Part shown: piece by piece, positions 40,701-52,762 of the stretch
How positions within the stretch are numbered: position 1 is the stretch's first letter
Layout: each line of letters opens with the position of its first letter
DNA from: the human T2T-CHM13v2.0 reference genome, Homo sapiens
Assembly (NCBI RefSeq): GCF_009914755.1
Contig: NC_060928.1
Reading direction: 5' to 3' (one strand)
Length of the DNA stretch: 64,000 bases
The notes under the pieces: generated by a model
The model's input: only the letters and a program-made list of their open reading frames with translations
Databases searched by the model: none
Told to the model about the DNA's origin: nothing
Made by a program: the position numbers and the translations under genes

Positions 40701-42650
40701 CAAGTCGTATGTTAGGTCACAAAACAAGTCTTAAAACATTCAAAAAAATTGAAATTATATCAAGCATCTTCTCTGACCACAGTGGAATAAAACTAGAAGT
40801 CACTAACAAGAGGAATTTGGGAAACTATAAAAACACATGGAAATTAAACAATATGCTCCTGAATAACCCAGGGGGTCAATGAAGGAAATTGAAAAATTTA
40901 TTCAAACAAATGACAACAGAAACACAACATACTAAAACGTACGGGATACAGCAAAAGCAGTACTAAGCAGGAAGTTTATAATTATAAGCACTTAGATCAA
41001 AAACAAAGAAAAACTTGAAATAAAAAACCTAACAATGTGTCTTAAATAACTAGAAAAGCAAGAGCAAACCAACCAAAAATTAGTACCAAAGAAGTAATAA
41101 AGATCAGAACAGAAGTAAATAAAATTGAAATAAAGAAAACAATACAAAAGATCAACAAAACAAAAAGTTGGTTTTTGAAAAGTTAAATAAAATTGACAAA
41201 CCTTTAGCCAGACTAAGTAAAAAAAGAGAAAATACCCAAGTAAAATCAGAGATGAAAAAGACAACATTGCAACCAATACAACAGAAATTCAAAGGGTCAT
41301 TACTTACCACTATGAGCAACTATATGTGAAACTGGAAAATCTAAAAGAAATGGATAAATTCCTAAACAGATACAACCTATGAAGATTAAACAATGAGGAA
41401 ATCCAAAGCTGGAATGAACCAATAACAAGTAATGAGATTGAAGCCATACTAAAAATTATCCCAGCAAAGAAAAGCCTGGAACCCCAATGGCTTCACTGCC
41501 ATCCATTTGAAGAAGAATGAATACTAATCCTACTCAAACTATTCTGAAAAATAGAAGAAGAACACTTCCCAACTCATTCCATAAGGCCAGCATTACCCTG
41601 ATTGATACCAAAATCAGTCAAAGACATATCAAGAAAAGAAAACCACAGGCCAGTATCCCCAATGAACACTGAGGTAGAAATCTTCAACAAAATACTAGCA
41701 AACCAAATTCAACAATACGTTAAAAAGACCATGCGTCATGATGAAGTGGTATTTATCCCAGGGATGCAAGGATAGTTTAACATAGGCAAATCAATCAGTG
41801 TGATACATCATATCAACAGAATGAATGACAAAAAATAAATAATCCTTTGAATTGATGTTGTAAAAGGATTTGATAAAATTCAACATCCCTTCATGATAAA
41901 AAGTATAAACAAACTGGGTATAAAAGGAACACACCTCGACATAATAAAAGCCATATCTGACAGACTCCACAGCTAATATACAAAATGGGGGAAAACTGTA
42001 AACTTTTCCTCAAAGATGTGGAACATGACAAGGATGCTCACTCTTGCCACTATTATTTAACATACTACTAGAAGTCCTCGCTGGAGCAATCAGACAAGAG
42101 AAAGAAATAAGGGGCCTCCAAATTGGAAAGGAAGAAATCAAATTATCCTTCTTTGTGGATGATATAATCTTATATTTGGAAAAAACTAAAGACTTAAGAA
42201 GAGAATTATTGGAATTGATAACCAAATTCAATAAGGTAGCAGGAGAAAAAAATCTACATACAAAAATTAGTAGTATTTCTATATACCAACAGCAAACAGT
42301 TTGAAAAAGTAATCAGGAAGGTAATCCCATTTATGATAGTCACAAATAAAATTAAATACCTAGGAATTAACCAAAGAAATGAAAGGTCTCTACAATGAAA
42401 ACTATAAAACATTGATGCAAGAAATTGAAGAGGACACACCCACAAAAAAAGATATTCGTGTTTATGGATTGGAAAAATCAATGTTATAAAAATGTTCATA
42501 CTTCCCAAAGCAATCTACAGATTCAATGCAATCCTTATCAAAATACCAATGACATTCTTCACAGAAATAGAAAAAACAATCCTAAAGTTTATATAGAACC
42601 ACAAAAGACCCAGTATAGCCACAGCTATCCTAAGCAAAAAGAACAAAATT
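37796..42650 (+). mobile_element. L1MA1-3-like element: partial 5'UTR, decayed ORF1 and ORF2
   Basis: ORF1 remnant (RRLKEIQDNIEKEFRILSDKFN), ORF2 endonuclease (YRTFHP, SDHSGIKLE) and RT ([20 protein letters not shown]). Confidence 0.93.
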
Positions 42651-43530
42651 AAACAAATTTACAAGGAAAAGACAGCCCCATTAAAAAGTAGGCAAAGGAC
42701 ATGAACAGACACTTCCCAACAGAAGACACTCATGCAGCCAACAAACATAAAAAGAAGCTCAACGTCACTGATCCTTAGAGTAATGCAAGTCAAAACCACA
42801 ATGAGATATCATCTCATGCCAGTCAGAATGGCAATTAAAAAGTCAAGAAACAACAGATGCTGACAGGGTTGTGGAGAAAAGGGAACACTTTTACACTGTT
42901 GATGGCAATGTAAATCAGCTCAATATTGTGGAAGAGAGTGTGGTGATTCCTCAAGGATCTAGAAGAAGAAATGCCATTTGACTCAGCAATCCCATTACTG
43001 GGTATATACCCAAAGGAATATAAGTCATCCTATTATAAAGATACATGCATGAGCATGTTCATTGCAGCATTATTCACAATAGCAAAGACATGGAAACAAC
43101 CCAAATGCCCATCAAAGATAGACTGGATAAAGAAAATGTGGTATATATACACCATGAAATACTATGCACTCATAAAAAGGAATGAGATCATGTCCTTTGC
43201 AGGGACATGGATGGAGCTGGAAGCTGTTATCCTCAGCAAACTAACACAGGAACAGAAAACTAAACACTGCATGTTCTCCCTTATAAGTGGAAGCTGAACG
43301 ATGAGAATATATGGACACATAGTAGGGGGAAACAACACTAACTGGGACCTATGTAGGGGGCCAGGGGGAGGAAGAGCATCAGGAAAAATAGCTAATGGGT
43401 GCTTGGCTTAATACCTAGGTGATGGGTTGATTTGTGCAGCAAATCACATGGCACACGTTTACCTATGTAAAAAACCCTGCACATCCTGCACATGTACCCC
43501 AGAACTTAAAATAAAAGTTGAAGAAAAAAA
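42651..43530 (+). mobile_element. 5'-truncated older L1PA 3' end
   Basis: ORF2 C-terminus [15 protein letters not shown]...MFSLISGS; 3'UTR ending cacatgtaccccagaacttaaaataaaagttg plus A-tail. Confidence 0.9.
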
Positions 43531-43544
43531 AGAGAGAATCCAAC

Positions 43545-43706
43545 AGAAAAAAAAAGATGCTGTCCAGGATGTGAAGAAAAGGGAACCCTCATACAGAGTT
43601 GGTGTGAATGTAAATTGGTGCCACCGCTATGGAGAACAATTTGGAAGTTCCTCAAAACACTAAAAATTAAGCTATCATATGATCCAGCAATCCCACTGAT
43701 AGGTAT
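43545..43706 (+). mobile_element. L1MA ORF2 fragment, probable continuation of 37796-42650
   Basis: gaaaagggaaccctcatacag...atatgatccagcaatcccactg. Confidence 0.75.
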
Positions 43707-43940
43707 TCTATTAGTCCATTCTCACACTGCTATAAAGAACTTCCTGAGACTGGGTAATTTATAAAGGAAAGAGGTTTAATTAATTCACAGATCCTTATGG
43801 CTGGGGAGGCCTCAGGAAACTTACAATTATCATGGAAAATGAAGGGGAGGCAGGAACCTTCTTCACAAGGTGGCAGGAGAGAGAATGTGTGCAGGAGGAA
43901 CTACCGAACAGTTGTAAAACCATCAGATCTCATGAGAACT
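43707..43940 (-). mobile_element. THE1/MST MaLR LTR, truncated
   Basis: tattagtccattctcacactgctataaagaac...ggaggcctcaggaaacttacaat...ccatcagatctcatgagaact. Confidence 0.88.
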
Positions 43941-44009
43941 GCTGAGTAGCATTTTACATTTCTATAATATATGCTATCTTTCTATATTACGCTACAAGTC
44001 ACAGATCAA

Positions 44010-44205
44010 TTCTTCCGAAAGTTTGCTCACATTAGAACCATCTTGAGAGCTTTTGAACCTCCCCATCACTATCACCAATACCGTGTTCCAGTTGCCCCCC
44101 ACATTAATTAAATCAGAATATGTGGAGGATTAGGAGTCAGGCAAGTGTAGTTTATAGAGATTCCCAGGTGATTCCAACACACAAGCAGGTTTCAGAACCA
44201 GTAGA
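44010..44205. mobile_element. MER5A-like
   Basis: aattaaatcagaat...ttcccaggtgattccaa...tttcagaacca. Confidence 0.7.
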
Positions 44206-44226
44206 TAGATTGTAATCATTTCCCAC

Positions 44227-45268
44227 CTCCATGCAGTGAAGAAAATCGCTGCCCTTCTCTCTCTCAATCTCTGAAATGCTTCTTCTGCTCTTATGCTGCA
44301 CTATGATTCCAGAGGGGCTCAAAGTGGAGTCAGTACCCCAGAGCAATCCTCTCCCAATCGAGTGCAGAAAGCCTGGAAGAAGGGGCTTCATTATTAAAGA
44401 AGGGGATTCATAGGGCCACCTAAGGCCCCATCAGAGATAAGATCACCAAGTCTCATAAATATAGCATCACTGCCCTCTCAACCCCAATGCATCCATCTCA
44501 CCTCAAAGGGGCAAAACTGTTTTTTGGATTCAGGGCAAAGCATCTCAGTGAGATCAACTGGACCTGAGAACCAGAAATGGCTGAGCAGGAAAATGTAAGT
44601 GTCCAGAAGTGGGAATTAAAATAGAGAAAAGCCAAGGAAAGGGATCCTATGAGGGGATAGGTTATCACAGAGGTAAAGCAATTGTACCCACAGAGCAGAA
44701 AATTCACGGGCCTGGACAAACTCAGAGTCAAGGAAATGTAAACTAAGTAATGGAAAAGCCCCAGTTACTACCTGGGATCAGAAACCTTTCTTTCCTCATG
44801 AGGTTCCATGGTGCCTACTAAAGCTAGGAAAGTGTTAGGAGAAGAAAGATTTCCCCCAGCTTTCTGCAAACCAGCCTTAAGTCCAAAAATGAGTGGAGCC
44901 TACCCCAGCATTGCTTACTTCAAACTCAATTACATTTCCTGCCTGTTTCCTCTAATAATAAAGTTTAAAAAAATACTTCAGGGATCAAATAATCAAATTT
45001 TCTTATTCTACTCATAAAAAGAGAAACTCTTGTCACACAGTAAATGGCAAAGCCAGAAACAAATCCAAGTATTTTAATTACAAATTAAATTTTGCACTGT
45101 GCCATGTTTCCTCAATCTCTAATTCATCTTCCACCATCTCTAATCTACTCATTTCCCAGCCAGCCAAGTCAGAGAATGAATTGTTACCTAGTTTAGCCAG
45201 TCTCAGAAAGCCCCTTTTCCTAAAACAACTCTTTTTAGATGCCGCCTTGCTTTCTCGTTGGATGGTCT
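44227..45268 (-). pseudogene. Three candidate upstream exons of the SSX2IP-like pseudogene (45268-45188, 44580-44502, 44372-44227)
   Basis: Each has a pyrimidine-tract AG acceptor and GT donor; weak similarity of ISEIEREKGSDFLH to SSX2IP ENVETQNLKLGSDMDH. Confidence 0.45.
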
Positions 45269-45414
45269 CTAAAGAGAGAAAGAAGAAAGAAAAAGAAAAA
45301 CTGTGAAGAAATGATGTAAGATGAAAGTGACAAGAGTGGCTGTTCAATGTCATTTCACCTTATGAATTCTGAAGATTTTCAACGTGAAAACCAGGCTCCC
45401 AAGGCCTTCGTAGT

Positions 45415-45577
45415 TGTTCACTATTTCTCAACCTTGGTTACACGTTAGAAATGCTTGGGGAGGTTTTAAAATTCTCCATGCCCAGACCAATTAAATCAGA
45501 ATCTCTGAACAGGAAACCCAGACAGCAGAATTTTTAAGGCTTCCCGGGTGATTCCAATGTGTAGAATCGCTGCTCTA
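45415..45577. mobile_element. MER5A-like
   Basis: tttctcaaccttggttacacgttagaa...ccaattaaatcagaatctctg...cccgggtgattccaatgtg. Confidence 0.75.
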
Positions 45578-46354
45578 ACAAGACATGTTAGCTCCACCCT
45601 CAGACTCTAAAGCTGATCAGCTGGGGTATAAGCTTTTCTGAGTAGGAAACAGCTGAGTATAAGCAAGGGCATTTCTTTGGGTGCAGCAAGGTACAAAATA
45701 AGGTTAAGCAGCCACCCAGCAGCGAATAAAGTTACACTTTAATTTCGAAATAAAGCCTCTAATTTTATTGAGTCAAGCTTCATTTTATCTTCTAGCTTTT
45801 TTCTCTTTTTCTGTCCCATAAAATTATAGTGATAAAACAGTAATGTTAATGGGATCAATACCGTTTATTATTAAAGGTGGATGTCATACCTTTTCTTGAC
45901 AGTCCTCAATGAACAACCACCGCTAAAATAAACAATGCATGTCCTACTACCTGTCTGCTAAGCTGGCTGTTGGTTCTTGCTTTCCACACCCCAAGAGCAA
46001 CACTTCCATCTATCAGGCTTAACTAAGGAGTCACCTGCATGGATGAAATCTGGGAAGGCTTTATAAGCGAAGTATCCATCTGGTTAGCATTGATCTACTA
46101 CCACCTGAAACAAGTACAGCTTGGATGTTATTAGTTGGCTAGGATTTGGATAGTGGAAAATAATTAAGAAGGTAGTTCGCCGGGTGGAGAAAACACAGAG
46201 GCAGAAAACCATATGTATATTTGGAAGTCCATAGTATCACACTGGAACCCCTTAAATTCATGGCTGAGCATTTCTCTCTGATTCCAGGTAAGTACACTGG
46301 ACTATATTTCAGATGTGTCTTTATAAATGAGTTGGGAGAGGCCTTGTGGTCTCA

Positions 46355-46592
46355 TGAAAGACAACAGGATTTGAACGAAGATTCAAATATGACTGCTGAC
46401 ACTAACTAGTCCTATGTCCATGGGGGAAGTTTTTAACCTCCCTTAGCTTCAGCTTGCTAACCTGTAAAACAGGGATAATAGTATCTACCTTATAGGGTTG
46501 TTTTAAAGATTAGCATTCTTCTATGCAAGTACCTAGTATGGTGAATGAAAATGAGTGCTCAATAAATAATTGACAAGATGAATAATAATAGC
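46355..46592 (+). mobile_element. MIR
   Basis: ctgtaaaacagggataatagtatctaccttatagggttgtt. Confidence 0.8.
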
Positions 46593-47087
46593 ATTTGTAT
46601 TCACAGCAGAAGTTGTTTTTGGAGCGGTTAGACAGAAATAGCTTACATCCCAAACTTAGAACTTCCACTTTATTCAGTTTTTATTGTTTTTGAAAGCTTG
46701 ACATGAGCAATATCCATAGTTATGCAATTGAAGTTATTATAAAGTCCTTTTAATTTTTAGTTTTAAGATACTGAAATGATATGAGAAGGCTTAACTCAGT
46801 GAGACCAATTTAATCAAATGGTCTGATTTTTACAGCAATGGGAAAAAAGATTCTATAATGAATATGGTAGGCAGAATTGGAGAAATGAGTATAAAATGAA
46901 CAAATTTGATACTGAGAGATTTCTTGCTAAATATGTGGAGAAATAACTCACTTTTTGCAGAGTATTTAGTAGCAAAATAATCCAACACAACCTAGCAAAA
47001 AGGTGTATAGAAACTTCTTTCTGCTGGTTGTGTTTCAGACAAGTTACCAACAAATGAATAAAGCGTTTTATTGATCAAAGAAAGAAT

Positions 47088-47270
47088 TAAGTAGCTGTGT
47101 GGCCTTAGGATGTTTCTTAACTTCTCTGGGCATCCAGTTCCTCATCAGTAAGGTTAGAATAATAGTTATGATAGGTTGTTGTTATGTGTGTGGAACTAAT
47201 GAGTTGGTGGTGCATGTAAAGCACTTACTATAGTGTCTATTGCTTTCAGTTGTTGGCTATCATTTTTATG
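47088..47270 (+). mobile_element. MIR
   Basis: tagctgtgtggccttagg...cagttcctcatcagtaa...catgtaaagcactta. Confidence 0.75.
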
Positions 47271-47794
47271 TTGCTAGGATTAAAACAATTTAATAGAAAG
47301 ATTTAAAGGTATATCAGAGAACAGTGATGTGCTGATTTTTCAATACCTGATTCTGCCACAAGATTAAAGGTTTAGGTATGGTACAAGCTCTTGGGGTCCT
47401 TGCTTATTTCATTTGTCAGCTAGGAACTACTGAACTTACAAAAGCACTAACAGGAGTTCTGTGTTTTAATCAAGCAGATTAGTTATGCTAAGAGATAACA
47501 CTTCTGTTAACCCCTTCTATGACTTTTTCTACAAAGTTTGCTTCAGAAAGTTTTGTTTAAAAAGTTTTTAATTTCTAACAATGAGAAATCCTTTATAGTC
47601 ATAACTAACCTTGTCGTAACCCTGAACAATACTTGAGGAATAAGCATGAAGTTAAGGTAAAGAAGCAAACAAGAATCTGCTAGCATAGTCTGCCTATCAG
47701 GGCATTCATCCTTAAGCAGTGATCCCAGTGGACCTTAGAAAAGCCATGGCAAGTCTTTCTACTTTATTTGCTTATTATCAAATATTCCTTAAGC

Positions 47795-48248
47795 ACTTAG
47801 GGTTGGCCAACTTGCTATGACAAGCAGTCCCCAAGTTTCACTGGTTTCGCACTCCAAGATTTCGTTCTTATACAGAAAATCCAATCGGATATTCCTAATC
47901 AGCAGCTTTTGTCCTGCTGATGACTAAATTTGAGATACTTCCACTAGCAACTCCACTATGTCCTAGGATCTCTTCAGAGCCCTCTACTAGATGCTCCGCA
48001 CTAACCCAGACAACAGGCAAAATGAAGATTATTTCAGAAAATTGAGTGCCTAATACTTAACCCCCTTATCGCAAAATACACACACAACCACTTCTGCTCA
48101 CAGTGCGTTGGCAAGAACCAGTTATATAGTCCCACCTAGATGCAAGAAAAGTTGGGAAAAGTAGTCAGGTAACCACTTTCCAGAAAGAACTCTACACTAT
48201 GGAAGAGGAGTGTGATTCTATGTCTCTCTGCTAGCCATGCCTGCCATA
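47795..48248 (-). mobile_element. Old MaLR LTR (MLT1I/L-like)
   Basis: cacttctgctcacagtgcgttggcaagaaccagttatatagtcccacctagatgcaag. Confidence 0.65.
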
Positions 48249-48354
48249 AGCACCTGGGTGATGGAGGTAGATCAAGTTTTAAAATAGAAATAAAAAGTCC
48301 CCTCTTTATGGTGTCTACAGACTAGTTCATTCTTACTCTAATAAGGAACCCCCT

Positions 48355-48720
48355 CCTAATGGCTCCATGTGCTGAATTTCCTTTCATCATCTTGATATTA
48401 GCCTCGTCCCTATCTATACTGTAGAACTACATTTTCCAGAATTCCTTTCCAGTATCATTTACGGTTAGATTCTGCCAATGAGGCATTCACTAATAGAAGA
48501 AACCATTTTTCTCAGCAGCAGCTGTTTACAGGCAGATGAGATCATTGTTGGCAGCCTCCTTGACTTTCAATGCTTCTCCCAGGAATCACCTGCTATAAGC
48601 AGTCAGCTGAGATCATCAGCAGAAGTTTCCAGTGGCTCCAGCCTTCCTCCTGAGAATTACCCACTTCAGTGTTCCATGGAATAAAGATCATTGATAGTGG
48701 CTCGACTGCAATCTTGCACT
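48355..48720. mobile_element. Old ERVL LTR fragment (LTR33/50-like)
   Basis: aactacattttccagaattcctttcc...ggttagattctgccaatgagg. Confidence 0.45.
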
Positions 48721-49939
48721 TTAAAATTTGCTGAAAATTAATATGCCGGACCTTGCTCCCATAGCCCTTCCAATGTTCTGAACTAACTTCTTCCCACCAT
48801 TTTTGTCAGAAAATGACAAAACCTGAACATACTCAGTATGAAAAAGTTCAGCAAACTTATTCTGTAATTCCAAAAAATATTTTCTGGTACCTGATATATG
48901 CCAGGTTCTATGCAAGATGCTAGGCAATACAGTAGCAGCCAAAGAGATAAACTTCTGCCTTTAATGTGCCTATTTATAAACTACTCAGTGAGAAGCACAT
49001 TATAAAACATAATAAATTAGTAAGCGCATACTCTGACAAGAGCTTTGAAGCAAAATTGTAGGATGCTATGAGAGAGAACAGTTCTCATAGCATAGTCATA
49101 GTGATGACTTTTTTCAAATAGAGTAAAATATGATTTGGAATGCATAGATTCCCACTATCATGATCAAGTTAGAGAAGAAGAAAATCAACAGTAATTCAAT
49201 GCTACATTACTAGTCAAAATAAATTTGGCAAAATCATTGGAAACAAATGGTCTTAATGTCTCTGTAATGACATGACAACATGTCACAATGTAATATTACA
49301 TGTGATGGCACATCCTATGTAATAGGACAAAAAATTAATCTGGCGCAAAGATTTGAGTCATCAGGAAAATGGAAAAGTAGGTGGCTACAAGTACAGTTTT
49401 TATACACTGAAATATTAGAATTTCCACATATAATACATTGGAGAGGAGGGACCAAGTAACGCAGAGTAGGGGACTGCTCTGAGTAATTCTGGTGAAGAAA
49501 AGATAGTGTTCATATTGTTCATATGCATTAATTCCATTTATCAGTCAATAGCTAAAATGCTTATTCATTTTATATTTTATAAACTAATCTAGATTGGAGG
49601 AGATAATATTTATTATTGGAATGTGAGCATAGTTAATATTCCATTAGTAACTTGGAAAGACAAGAAATAATAAATCAGCAACTTTCAGGCTCTATCCAAA
49701 TAACAACTAGAACATATAGAATGTTCATTAAAATCTATGTGGCTCTTTATATCTTTGTAGCCTTCAGAGCTGAGCCTCTTAATTCACCTGTTCTAATCTC
49801 TGAATATAACCAAGCAGATATCTTGTTAATTTTTGGCCAGAGTTCAAAGCTTAGCATCTGGCCAGTCTAGCTGCTTGTCCTATATTATCATTGCCTGGTA
49901 CCTGAGACTAAACTTGTTCTTTATAGCCAAGCTTCCATC

Positions 49940-50625
49940 ATACATTTATTCACTCAATAAATATTTATTGAACATTTTGTGTATGTTAAGCCCTGGAGGG
50001 TGTAACTGAGGAAGATACATATGGTCCCTATCCTGAAAGAGTTTGCTTGTGGTTTGGGGTGGAGGGAGGATGGGAGAATGTGGGGGAAGTGAGAAGTACA
50101 GGAGAGGAACTAATCCCATGGGAGGAACTAGTACAAGGGCTATTAATCCAAACTCAGCAAATTTAAAAGGGTTTCCCAGAAGACATCCCTTCTAACCAAG
50201 ACTTAAGGATGCTAAAGAAGTTATCCTGGCAGAGAAAATAAGTGAAATAATCCAGCAGAAGGAACAGTATTGAGAAACCATAGGTAAGAGGGACCACAAC
50301 AGATGTCCTACTGAAGCAACTAAAAAAAGTTCCATGTGGATGGGCTATGAAGTACAATGTTAAGCAATGTAATGGAAGAGGACAGGTAATTAAGTAGTAG
50401 TAGATTTTACAGGACCTGATAGACAATATTAGGGAGTTTGAACTTTAAAAGCAATTTGAAGCCATTAAAAGTTATAAATTAGAACAGAATCAAATTTATA
50501 TTTGAGAAATTTCAATCTGGGTGCCAAATGGACAATGAAAAGGAAGGGGAGACTGGAGGAGAAGCCATATAGAAGATTATTGCCATAATTCAAGCAAGAA
50601 ATTGTCACAGTTAAATCTACGACAA
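49940..50625 (-). mobile_element. L2
   Basis: catttattcactcaataaatatttattgaac...agggagtttgaacttt...gaagccattaaaag. Confidence 0.7.
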
Positions 50626-50664
50626 TGAGCCCTTCTCTGGATTTACTGACTACTATTACATTTC

Positions 50665-50772
50665 ATTTATTTTTGTTTTTATTTTTTTGATATAGGAGTC
50701 TCACTCTGTTGCCCAAACTGGAGTATAGTGGTGTAATCACAGTTCACAGTAGCCTCGACCTCCAGGCTCAGC
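50665..50772 (-). mobile_element. Truncated old Alu (AluJ or monomer fragment)
   Basis: gagtctcactctgttgcccaaactggagtatagtgg...cagtagcctcgacctcc. Confidence 0.85.
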
Positions 50773-51219
50773 CTGTTGCATTTCATTTAGAACTGGGCTT
50801 CTGACTTACCCCTTAAAGTACTTTCTGTAACATCTTACTCCAATTTAGTTTCAATAGCTGAATTTCTCCTATATGATACCAAATGTACCTTAATTGATTG
50901 CTAGGTTGTCCCTCTGTCATGTACATTAACCATGTGTTTCCTAACCATGCCATGCTATACTTAGCTACTGGGACAAGTATTTCTTGCTTACCAGACCTTT
51001 TACTAAACAACTCCTATGTAATTAATTCCTATTTTCTGATAGCAGGAACTCTCAATTTACTGACATTCCTAAGTGAAACTGCCTGCTTTCCAAGTTTATA
51101 CCATGTTTTCCTCTTTTCCCCATAACTAAGCTCCAATTAGAACAATAGCAATAGCAAGGACTCTAAGATACATGAATATATGTCTCAGAATTTTGAACTA
51201 CCCCAACTTTATAGTTCTC

Positions 51220-52028
51220 TTTTTAATTTCCACTTTTATTTTAGATACTAGGGGTACATGTGTAGGTTTGTTCCATGGGTATATTGCACCAGGGTAGTGA
51301 GCACAGTATCCAATAGCAGTTTTTCAACCCATACCCCTCTTCCTTCCTTTCCTCTTTAGTAGTTTGCAGCGTCTATTGTTCCCATTTTTATGGTCATGTG
51401 TACTCAATAATTAGCTCCCACTTATAAGTTAGAATATGTGGTATTTAGTTTTCTCTTCTGGAATTAGTTCACTTAGGATAATGGTCTCCGGCTCCATCCG
51501 TGTTGCTGCAAAGGACGTGGTTTTATTCATTTATGTAGCTGCATAGCATTCCATGGTACATATGTGCCACATTTTCTTTATCCAGTCCACCATTGATGGG
51601 CACCTAAGTTGGTTCTGTGTCTTTGCTATTGTGAATAGTACAGTGATGAACATAGGAGAACATGTCTTTTTGGTATAATGATCCATTTTCCGTTGGTTAT
51701 ATATATCCAGTAATGGAACCGCTGAGCCAAATGGTTGCTCTGTTTTAAGGTCTTTTGAGAAATTGCCAAACTGCTTTCCACAGTGGCTGAACTAATTTAC
51801 ATTCTAACCAACAGTGTATAAGTGTTCCCTTTTCTCTGCAGCCTCACCAACATCTGTTGTTTTTTCTCTTTTTTGTAATAGCTATTCTGACTGGTGTGAG
51901 ATGATATGACAATGTGGTTTTGATTTGCACTTCTCTGATTAGTAATGCTGAGCATTTTTTCATATGTTTTTGGCCACTTGTATGTTTTCTTTTAAGAAGT
52001 GTCTGTTCATGTCCTTTGCCCATTTTTT
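51220..52028 (-). mobile_element. Old L1PA (about PA15/16) 3' end, left piece
   Basis: ttttattttagatactaggggtacatgtgtaggtttgtt; stops at gtcctttgcccatttttt. Confidence 0.88.
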
Positions 52029-52762
52029 TTACATTATAAACCAGCCAGTTTATTATTTTCTAGTAAGATGCAGAACTTTTACCATGCAGACTAAAATACC
52101 TATGTCAGCAGGAACAGTACATTTTCTTCCTAGAGGAAGTTACATGGAAAACCAGGTTATTATCAGGTTATTTAGTGAGTGTAAAATCCAAACAAGAGGA
52201 GACTAATCTTAAGACCTAAACACATCCATGAAGGCTTGGAGCATACTTTCCCACCACTGGAACACCTCAGCCTCCAGAAATCTTGTTTGACTCTTCCTTC
52301 CCTGTCTTGGTCTAGCTGAGCACTGCCACTGGTCAGTCACCTCCTGCAGCCATATAGTCAGGCCAGTTTAGCCTAAGAGCTGTATCTCTGCTAACTGGTT
52401 TGCGTTGTTACCGCCACTGTTACTAACAGTTAAGGTTCTGAAAGGGGCACGTCAATTGCTCCCATGTACCCACTACAAGACACAATAATCCTGTTAGGTT
52501 GTTCTCTCAAACCCACTCCACTCAAGTTTTTCAGGTAATATGCTCTGTAAGGTTCTTTCCAACTCCATTAGCACATACATAGATTACTTATAAATTTACC
52601 TAATGTAACCTACTTCTACTGAGGATTGAAGTTTTAAAACTTTTTTTTTTCCTACCTTCTTGATCAGTGATTCCCAACCATGTGGGAGTTAGTGAAACCA
52701 ATTCTGTATCACCACTGCAACCAATACAGAGATACCAACTGATATGTATTTTTCAAATTAAT

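Noticed and set aside
38656-43297. L1 ORF1/ORF2 as an active retrotransposon
   Set aside because: Broken into many short ORFs by stops and frameshifts; old subfamily and chimeric.
45884-46040. Possible first exon of the ADIP-like gene (AAG|gtatga at 45890)
   Set aside because: The nearby ATG meets a stop after five codons and there is no promoter or CpG signal; unsupported.
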